Source: Candidatus Iainarchaeum sp. (GTDB taxonomy: Archaea > Iainarchaeota > Iainarchaeia > Iainarchaeales > CSSED10-239). Taken from it: 14,543 bases of DNA. The translations under genes were made by a program, and so were the position numbers. The notes beneath the pieces were generated by a model. That model saw only the letters and a program-made list of their open reading frames with translations. It ran no database searches and was not told the origin of the DNA. Below, in pieces: positions 6,351 to 12,400 of the stretch. Each line of letters begins with the position of its first letter. The stretch's first letter is position 1. The stretch spans positions 1 through 14,543 of the forward strand of contig PWLL01000014.1 in the NCBI GenBank assembly GCA_003559395.1, written 5' to 3'.

Positions 6351-6809
6351 TTAACTACATGTTTTTACAACATATCCATCTGATGGACAATCTTGTGCTT
6401 TTACTCTAACTTCGTACTCGTTTTCAGTAATATTCTCGTTTTCAATAGATATTGCTGCTGACTGACCAGGGTTTAACAACTCTAATGCTGAACCTCCGGA
6501 GTTAAGATCAGTTACTGAAATTAAATCGTTTCCAGAACTCAAGTCTGCATCAAATCCTGTAGAATGTACATATGATCCACTTCTATTTCTTAGGATCATT
6601 GATAAAACATTTCCATCTACTGAACAACTATCTATTGCTAGAGTTCCAATTGCTTCGTTACAAGCGCCACCAGCCATACCATCAGCGTCTGCTAATGCGT
6701 CTGTTGCAAAGTCTCTACCCCATGTCAAAACAACTGCGACAAGAATAACAGCCACAACAATTAATAAAATTGTTGCAATTAATGGTGAAACTGCTTTTTT
6801 TGAATTCAT
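6351..6809 (-). CDS. Archaeal type IV pilin paralog B (probable major pilin)
   Basis: N-terminus is MNSKKA-VSPLIATILLIVVAVILVAVVLTWG. The four Cys follow the same pattern (C-x11-C; C-P-x8-C). It has the only perfect GGAGG Shine-Dalgarno in the window, 7 nt upstream of its ATG. It is Gly/Ala/Ser/Asp-rich and visibly less AT-rich than its neighbours. Confidence 0.88.
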   Translation of the reverse strand: MNSKKAVSPLIATILLIVVAVILVAVVLTWGRDFATDALADADGMAGGACNEAIGTLAIDSCSVDGNVLSMILRNRSGSYVHSTGFDADLSSGNDLISVTDLNSGGSALELLNPGQSAAISIENENITENEYEVRVKAQDCPSDGYVVKTCS

Positions 6810-6816
6810 TATATTT

Positions 6817-6821
6817 CCTCC
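6817..6821 (-). promoter_or_regulatory. Shine-Dalgarno element (GGAGG) of pilin B
   Basis: The minus strand reads AAGGAGGAAATATA-ATG, with 7 nt between GGAGG and the start codon. Other genes here show only partial (GAGGT, GAGGA, GGGTGA) or no SD elements. Confidence 0.7.
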
Positions 6822-6841
6822 TTAATTTGTATTAAGATTTA

Positions 6842-7315
6842 TTAACGACAAGTTGCTGTCGTAAATTGATCTGGACAAGAATCTACAAAAATTCTTGTTC
6901 TAACAGGACTTTCAAGTCCTTCAAAGTCTTCTGGATCGTTTGGATCTTCAAAGTTTATTGATCTTATTTGCATGGCTCTGTTTGTAAATGCTGTTTCTAA
7001 TGCGGCTGTAGCTATATCTCCGTTTGCATCTGTTACTAGTATGTTTAATTTATCATTTATTTCAACTGTTGAATTATCCATAAGAACTAATGATAGACCA
7101 GTTGAAGGATCGTAACTACAACCAGTATCAATATTAATTCTTACATAATTACACTCACCCCATGCTTCTGTGGTTTCTGTAATTGACTCTGTTGTTTCTC
7201 TCGCACTTTGAGAAGACCAAGAATATAAAATACCTGCTAATGATAAAGCAACTGCAACTAACAAAATAGTTGCAATCAATGGCGAAACTGCCTTAGATTT
7301 TTTTTTTAATATCAT
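6842..7315 (-). CDS. Archaeal type IV pilin paralog A
   Basis: N-terminus is MILKKKSKA-VSPLIATILLVAVALSLAGILYSW. The four Cys follow the same pattern (C-x10-C; C-P-x8-C). It is preceded by a 2 x 23-bp tandem repeat in its promoter region. Confidence 0.87.
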   Translation of the reverse strand: MILKKKSKAVSPLIATILLVAVALSLAGILYSWSSQSARETTESITETTEAWGECNYVRINIDTGCSYDPSTGLSLVLMDNSTVEINDKLNILVTDANGDIATAALETAFTNRAMQIRSINFEDPNDPEDFEGLESPVRTRIFVDSCPDQFTTATCR

Positions 7316-7327
7316 AAATCTCTAACT

Positions 7328-7373
7328 TTTAATTTATTATTTATCTTATTTTTAATTTATTATTTATCTTATT
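7328..7373 (-). repeat. Perfect 2 x 23-bp tandem direct repeat in the pilin A promoter region
   Basis: tttaatttattatttatcttatt occurs at 7328-7350 and again at 7351-7373. On the coding (minus) strand this reads AATAAGATAAATAATAAATTAAA x2, ending 12 nt upstream of the pilin A ATG. Each unit contains TATA-box-like sequence. Confidence 0.9.
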
Positions 7374-7408
7374 TCTTATATATATGTATTACACAAATAT
7401 TTATAAAC

Positions 7409-7430
7409 GTTTGTTATTTATTAAACAAAC
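7409..7430 (-). terminator. 7-bp-stem hairpin just downstream of the FlaJ-like gene stop
   Basis: gtttgtt (7409-7415) and aacaaac (7424-7430) are perfectly complementary, with an 8-nt loop. The hairpin begins 6 nt after the TAA at 7437-7439 (minus strand) and is followed by U-rich sequence. The stem is weak and AU-rich. Confidence 0.3.
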
Positions 7431-7436
7431 AATTTT

Positions 7437-8252
7437 TTAAACAATAAACAATAATGACACCACCACATATACAGGAATAGAAACACACAACAAAATTATC
7501 GAATGTTTGATGCCCGCAGTCGCACTACCTTCTGAGATTTTACCAATTACGGGCCCTGCAAAACCTCCCTGAATAACTAAAAGATACAAAAAATATGTGT
7601 TAAAGTTAACTTCCTCCATAGAGGTGTCTCCGCCTGTAGCCCCTGCAAGTTCTGTTGTTGTTAACATTGGCAAAAACACAATTTGAATAATTAATATAAT
7701 AGCAATAAAAACAAAAAACATAAAATATGAAGAAAAAACAGAAGTAAATGTTTTTGATTTCCTTTCTTCTGTCATTTCATTTATTGTTTTTACATAACCA
7801 GAAACAGAAGAAAAAATCTTAATTAAATTTCCTCCGTATTTTGTACTTTCTGAAATTACTTCTGCAGATTTTGCAAACATAGGACTATCGATTTCTGAGA
7901 AAATGTTTACTAGTGCTTGGTCAAAAGGGATCCCTATTTTTACTTGTGCAGCTAATCGTTTTACTTCTGTATTTAAAGAACCATAATTGTTATCACACAA
8001 AATCTCCATAGAAGTAACTATATTCATTCCACCTCTTAAAAGGTCTTTTAGATCTTCTAAGAAAACAAACAGATTTTGTTCATAGGACTTAATTTTTGCA
8101 GTATATATTCCTGCAGCAATTCCAACACTTACTACAAAAGGAAAAATAGAAAAAACAAACAAATTAGTATTGAACAATAAAATTGCTGCAATTATTGAGC
8201 CAATTGCGCCCTTGATCGCAAAGCCCTTTATATATTTTAATCTTTTGTTCAT
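7437..8252 (-). CDS. FlaJ/PilC/TadC-like polytopic membrane protein with a single T2SS-F-type domain (platform, second half)
   Basis: N-terminal TM helices are followed by a cytoplasmic helical domain (FLEDLKDLLRGGMNIVTSMEIL...LNTEVKRLAAQVKIGIPFDQALVN....SPMFAKSAEVISESTKYGGNLIKIF) and then C-terminal TM helices. This is the T2SSF-domain architecture. Confidence 0.75.
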   Translation of the reverse strand: MNKRLKYIKGFAIKGAIGSIIAAILLFNTNLFVFSIFPFVVSVGIAAGIYTAKIKSYEQNLFVFLEDLKDLLRGGMNIVTSMEILCDNNYGSLNTEVKRLAAQVKIGIPFDQALVNIFSEIDSPMFAKSAEVISESTKYGGNLIKIFSSVSGYVKTINEMTEERKSKTFTSVFSSYFMFFVFIAIILIIQIVFLPMLTTTELAGATGGDTSMEEVNFNTYFLYLLVIQGGFAGPVIGKISEGSATAGIKHSIILLCVSIPVYVVVSLLFIV

Positions 8253-8264
8253 ATTTTATTTCCT

Positions 8265-9152
8265 CTACGAAAGCATTTGTAATAAAACTAAAAAAATTAT
8301 ATTTACTACAGGTATTAAAAAAAATATTCCTATTAACATTAAAGCAGACACACTAAGCCCGCCAATAGCAGTGCCTCCAATCATTCCTAACAACATTATG
8401 GTTGAAAACAAAAACAATGGACCAGCAATAACAACAGCAGAATAAATGTCTCCAAAAGTTTCTGCTTTTTTATTCATTTTATCAAGCATAAGGTTGTACA
8501 TAAACTGAGCATGTTCTGCTTTCTTTTTCATAAAATCAGAAATGGACCCACCTGCTTGTATATTTGACTTAAGTTCTCTTAAAAACTTTTTAAGTTCTAA
8601 AGAAGGTGTTTTTTCTGAAACAATATCTATGGCCTCTAGTAAAGAAATTCCTAAATTGTCTATATAGTGTGTAAGTTTATTAAGTTCCTTATTAACATAT
8701 GGCGTTTCTTTACTTATTGAAGCTGTATGAAACATAGCTTCTGGTGGTGCACCAGATTCAGCAATACTTGACATACTTAATATAGATAAAGAAAAATTAT
8801 TTTTTATTTGTTCTGTTTTTGTCATAACATCAATATATGGTTTAACCATTGCGTAAATAATCACACCTAAAAAAACAAAAATACCAATAATAAATAAAAT
8901 AAAAATATCTTCTAAAGAATTAGTTACAACTAAAAACAGACTTCCAAAAAACAACAACAAAATAGTTGCAAACACAGCAAAAAAAAGATATTTGGACATA
9001 TAATAATCAAGATCATCTAGATTATCTGATTGTTGCAATTTGAGTTCTATTTCTGGAATTTGAATTTTTTTAGTAATAGGCATAAATAACGTATACATCT
9101 GTTCTTCAAACTTATCTGGTTTCTTTTTTGGAATTGTCTTTTCTTTTTTCAT
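8265..9152 (-). CDS. FlaJ/PilC/TadB-like polytopic membrane protein with a single T2SS-F-type domain (platform, first half)
   Basis: TM helices are followed by LSILSMSSIAESGAPPEAMFHTAS....YVNKELNKLTHYIDNLGISLLEAIDIVSEKTPSLELKKFLRELKSNIQAGGSISDFM and then further TM helices, which is the typical FlaJ/TadB cytoplasmic domain pattern. It lies 12 nt upstream of the second half-gene. Confidence 0.78.
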   Translation of the reverse strand: MKKEKTIPKKKPDKFEEQMYTLFMPITKKIQIPEIELKLQQSDNLDDLDYYMSKYLFFAVFATILLLFFGSLFLVVTNSLEDIFILFIIGIFVFLGVIIYAMVKPYIDVMTKTEQIKNNFSLSILSMSSIAESGAPPEAMFHTASISKETPYVNKELNKLTHYIDNLGISLLEAIDIVSEKTPSLELKKFLRELKSNIQAGGSISDFMKKKAEHAQFMYNLMLDKMNKKAETFGDIYSAVVIAGPLFLFSTIMLLGMIGGTAIGGLSVSALMLIGIFFLIPVVNIIFLVLLQMLS

Positions 9153-9175
9153 ATTTACAGATATTTATTCGTCAT

Positions 9176-9228
9176 TTTATTATATATAATATAAGTAATG
9201 GTTTTTAATACTTTACTAATCTTAAAAA
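9176..9228 (-). promoter_or_regulatory. T5 tract after the DRG stop, plus a TATA-like element upstream of the first FlaJ-like gene
   Basis: On the minus strand TAG is followed directly by TTTTT (9224-9228). TTATATTATATATAATAAAAT lies roughly 25-45 nt upstream of the ATG at 9152. This is consistent with a separate, short-leader transcription unit for the pilus genes. Confidence 0.3.
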
Positions 9229-10335
9229 CTACATCAAAAACTCAACAATATCTTTATTTTTAAGAATATAATTTTTAGAAACTTTTTGACCATTATACTT
9301 AGAACTACCCCAAACTCTTGCAGATTTAAGATTCTTATAAATCGTTTTATGTATATCTTTTGAAGCATCCATAACAGTTGAATTGTTATCTAAAACTAAT
9401 GGTTCTTTTACATCTGCTTTTTTACCTGGTTTTTTTGTATAAACAACAATTTTATCTAGCATATAAAAGATTTCATCTGTTAGATCTTCTTTTTCTTCTA
9501 AATCATAGATTTTTATTTTTTTATAAATATTTGTTTTTTTTTTAATATTGTTAATAGGCAAAGATACACAAATCGCTTTCATATACTTTGCTCTTGGATT
9601 TATTAATAACAACAAATCGTCCATATCTATTTTTTGATTTAAAATAAAGGTATGTGATCTATATCCTGAATCTCTTAAAAGATTTATTGCTTTTTGTTTA
9701 TCTATTAAAAGATTATGTTGATTAACAAAAGAGACGCCAACAAAATCACTTTTTACAATCTTTACATTTGGTCTTTTTTTAGTTAAATAAACATCTTGTT
9801 TTTCTAAGTTTTCTAACAACAAATCTATTTGATAAAATTGACAATCACTAATAACCAACACTAAAGCATCTGCAACTCTTATCATCGAATAAACTTGAGA
9901 CATTAGTTCTCCACCATCTAGAAAAGAAGGGAGTTCTACTAGCTGAATGTGTGCACCTCCATAATTTAAGGTGCCAATCTCTGGTTTAGTGGTTGTAAAA
10001 GGGTACGCTGCAATTTCTGGTTTTGCATTTGTTATTTCTGCTAAAAAAGTGCTTTTTCCAGAATTTGGCAAACCTACCACCAAAACCTGACCAGCTCCTT
10101 CTTTTTTAATATTTATTGTATGTCCTGTTTTTTTTGCAGCTTGTGTTTGTTTTTCCATCTTTGATTTTAAACTTGCAATCTTTCTACTAAGATCTTTTCT
10201 TAGATTTTCTGCACCTTTATGAGAGGGGGCTGTAGAAAGCATTTCTTGCAAGCCAATTAACTTTTCATCATTAGTTTGTGCTTCTTCATACTTTTTTTTT
10301 GCATTTGCAAATTCATAATTTACGTTTGCGGGCAT
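9229..10335 (-). CDS. DRG/Obg-like GTP-binding protein with C-terminal TGS domain; G3 and G4 motifs are non-canonical
   Basis: G1 is VGLPNSGKSTFL and G2 is YPFTTTKPEIG. An S5D2L-like insert (LTKKRPNVKIVK...) and a TGS-like tail (VYTKKPGKKAD..EPLVL...STV.D....IHK.....LK.ARVWG.S....GQKV....IL...DIVE) are both present. G3 reads VELPS instead of DxPG, and no NKxD occurs at the aligned G4 position. Confidence 0.85.
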   Translation of the reverse strand: MPANVNYEFANAKKKYEEAQTNDEKLIGLQEMLSTAPSHKGAENLRKDLSRKIASLKSKMEKQTQAAKKTGHTINIKKEGAGQVLVVGLPNSGKSTFLAEITNAKPEIAAYPFTTTKPEIGTLNYGGAHIQLVELPSFLDGGELMSQVYSMIRVADALVLVISDCQFYQIDLLLENLEKQDVYLTKKRPNVKIVKSDFVGVSFVNQHNLLIDKQKAINLLRDSGYRSHTFILNQKIDMDDLLLLINPRAKYMKAICVSLPINNIKKKTNIYKKIKIYDLEEKEDLTDEIFYMLDKIVVYTKKPGKKADVKEPLVLDNNSTVMDASKDIHKTIYKNLKSARVWGSSKYNGQKVSKNYILKNKDIVEFLM

Positions 10336-10348
10336 GGTTAGTTTTACC

Positions 10349-10960
10349 TCATTTAAGAATTTTTAAAATTAACAATTCTTCAAAAAACAATTTTTTTTTA
10401 TTTATTATTTTTACAGAAAATTCTTTTTTTATATTTTTGATAATTCTTTCAGGATTATTTAAAGAAGAAATCAAAAGATAACAAACCCCTTCTTTTTCTA
10501 AAAACTTATTAAGATTTTTAAGAAACTGATCTATTATTTCCGAACCTTCTTTTCCTCCATCTGTTGCTATTGCTTCTTTATCTTTTAGATTTATTTTTTC
10601 TGAAGGAACATATGGGGGATTAAAAACAATCACATCATATTTTTTATTTATGTTTGTAAAAAGATTTGATTTTATAACGTTTATGTTTAAGTTTTCTTTA
10701 TCTACTAAATTTTTAAAATAATCAATCACATCTTCGTTAATATCACAACAATCAACCATGTTAATTTTCTTAGAAAGATAAAGAGAGATTATGCCTGATC
10801 CAAAACCAAGCTCAAGGGTGTTTTTATAATTATTTAAAGCTTCTTTTTTTAAAGCATCTAACAAAAGAAAAGTATCATCTGAAGGAAGATAACAGGTTTT
10901 TGGTAGATTTAAAGAATAATCGTCATATCTGTATATTGTTTTTAAAGTTGTTTCTTGCAT
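10349..10960 (-). CDS. HemK/Mtq2-type SAM-dependent N5-glutamine methyltransferase
   Basis: CYLPSDDTFLLLDAL, SAM motif I LELGFGSGIISL, CCDIN and the catalytic motif IVFNPPYVPS are present. The ~200-aa length is typical of archaeal Mtq2 homologs. Confidence 0.85.
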   Translation of the reverse strand: MQETTLKTIYRYDDYSLNLPKTCYLPSDDTFLLLDALKKEALNNYKNTLELGFGSGIISLYLSKKINMVDCCDINEDVIDYFKNLVDKENLNINVIKSNLFTNINKKYDVIVFNPPYVPSEKINLKDKEAIATDGGKEGSEIIDQFLKNLNKFLEKEGVCYLLISSLNNPERIIKNIKKEFSVKIINKKKLFFEELLILKILK

Positions 10961-11048
10961 AAATATATTATTACTATAAATCTTCTTTTAAACCTATTTT
11001 CTAGAAAATAACAATCTTTTTATTTGCTTTCAACCTACATTATATTTT

Positions 11049-11777
11049 ATGAGTAAAAAATATATAGACGTACACACACACTATGCCTTCAAAGACTATG
11101 AAGATCTTAAAAAAATTTATGAAACAGAAAATATAGTTGGCTTGTGTTCAAGCACAGACCTTCATTCATATAAAGATTTAGAAAAACTAAAAGAAAAAAA
11201 CATAAACAACCTTTTCTTTTCCCATGGCCTTTATCCAGACGTACTTAATAACAAAACCCTTGAAGAATGTTATAAAGAGCTAGACCAAATAGATTTTTCA
11301 AAAGGTATAGCTATAGGAGAAATAGGTCTTGATAACAAAATAACAAAAGACAAACAAAAAAGAGAAGAACAGAAAAAACTCTTTGAAAAACAATTAGAAA
11401 TTGCAGAGTCTAAAAAACTACCAGTTGTTGTTCATAGCAGATATGCAAGCAAACACGTTCTAGAAACCCTCACAAACTTCAAAATACCAACTATTCTTCA
11501 TTGGTTCTCAGGAACAGACAAAGAAATTGATGAAGCTTTTTCTAGAGGTTATTTTCTTTCTCTTAACTATGATAGAACAAAAGTAAACATAACAGAAGAA
11601 AATATAAACCAAATATTTATAGAAACAGATTATCCTATACCTTACAACAACAAAACTAACATTCTTAATATTAAAGAAGCCTACAAAATAGTAGCATATA
11701 AAAACAGTTTGAATATTAATTATTTACAAGAGAAAATACAAGAAAACTTTTATAGACTATTTAAGATAAAAATATGA
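11049..11777 (+). CDS. tatD: TatD-family metal-dependent hydrolase/DNase
   Basis: IDVHTHY, AIGEIGLD, the QKKLFEKQLEIA helix, PVVVHSR, ILHWFSG and FIETDYP together form the TatD amidohydrolase metal-ligand series. Confidence 0.88.
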   Translation: MSKKYIDVHTHYAFKDYEDLKKIYETENIVGLCSSTDLHSYKDLEKLKEKNINNLFFSHGLYPDVLNNKTLEECYKELDQIDFSKGIAIGEIGLDNKITKDKQKREEQKKLFEKQLEIAESKKLPVVVHSRYASKHVLETLTNFKIPTILHWFSGTDKEIDEAFSRGYFLSLNYDRTKVNITEENINQIFIETDYPIPYNNKTNILNIKEAYKIVAYKNSLNINYLQEKIQENFYRLFKIKI

Positions 11778-11783
11778 ACTTTT

Positions 11784-12395
11784 ATGAAATTTAAAAAACA
11801 AGAACTAAATGATTTGTTAATAGCTTGGTTAGGGATATCTGTATGTTTCACTATTATCTTAGGCGGATATAGTTTATTGCTAGGAGATTTAATACCAATA
11901 ATAAAAGGAGAAATTCCTTTTAGTTTTATATCTTTTTTAACTTTATTATTTGTTAGTTTGATAGTTACTGGTTCTTCTTTTATCTTACACGAACTAGCAC
12001 ACAAATATGTTGCAATTTACTATGGAGCAAAAGCAAGGTTTGTTATGTGGATTCAATATATTGTTGGAGCGATCTTTGTTTCTTTCTTTTTAGGGTTTAT
12101 ATTTATTGCTCCAGGAGCAGTATATATTTATGGAAAACAAGTATCTATTAAAGAAAACGCAATCATTTCTTTAGCAGGCCCACTAACAAACATAATAGTT
12201 GCTTTTTTGTTTTTAGTAAGTGCTCTTTTTGGAATGCCTGGTTTAATCGTGGCTTTAGGTTTTCAAATAAACCTATGGATTGCTTTTTTTAATCTTTTAC
12301 CAATAGGTCCTTTAGATGGAAAAAAGATAATGATGTGGAGTCCATTGATTTGGGGAATTATGATTGCAATTCCTGTGGTAATTATATTTTTTTAA
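11784..12395 (+). CDS. Peptidase M50 (site-2 protease-like) minimal membrane metalloprotease
   Basis: HELAHK (HExxH) lies within a TM segment, followed by the downstream FFNLLPIGPLDGKK motif. The protein is polytopic and has no PDZ or CBS insert. Confidence 0.88.
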   Translation: MKFKKQELNDLLIAWLGISVCFTIILGGYSLLLGDLIPIIKGEIPFSFISFLTLLFVSLIVTGSSFILHELAHKYVAIYYGAKARFVMWIQYIVGAIFVSFFLGFIFIAPGAVYIYGKQVSIKENAIISLAGPLTNIIVAFLFLVSALFGMPGLIVALGFQINLWIAFFNLLPIGPLDGKKIMMWSPLIWGIMIAIPVVIIFF

Positions 12396-12400
12396 AAAAA

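Noticed and set aside
7328-7373. Tandem repeat considered as a mini CRISPR array
   Set aside because: There are only two units, directly abutting with no spacers. The sequence is AT-rich with no palindromic repeat structure, and there are no cas genes. It is a promoter-region duplication.
8170-8445. 91-aa plus-strand ORF spanning the junction of the two FlaJ-like genes
   Set aside because: It is antisense to both platform genes. Its hydrophobic content simply mirrors the TM-helix codons on the other strand.
10278-10481. 67-aa plus-strand ORF across the DRG/methyltransferase junction
   Set aside because: It is antisense to two motif-supported genes and is low complexity.
11750-12004. 84-aa minus-strand ORF opposite the tatD end and the M50 start
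   Set aside because: It is antisense to both genes and has no motifs. The plus-strand genes carry clear catalytic signatures.
11784-12395. M50 membrane protease considered as the missing prepilin peptidase
   Set aside because: It carries the HExxH and LPxxPLDG zinc-metalloprotease motifs of site-2 proteases. Prepilin peptidases (PibD, FlaK, PilD) are GxGD-type aspartyl proteases.
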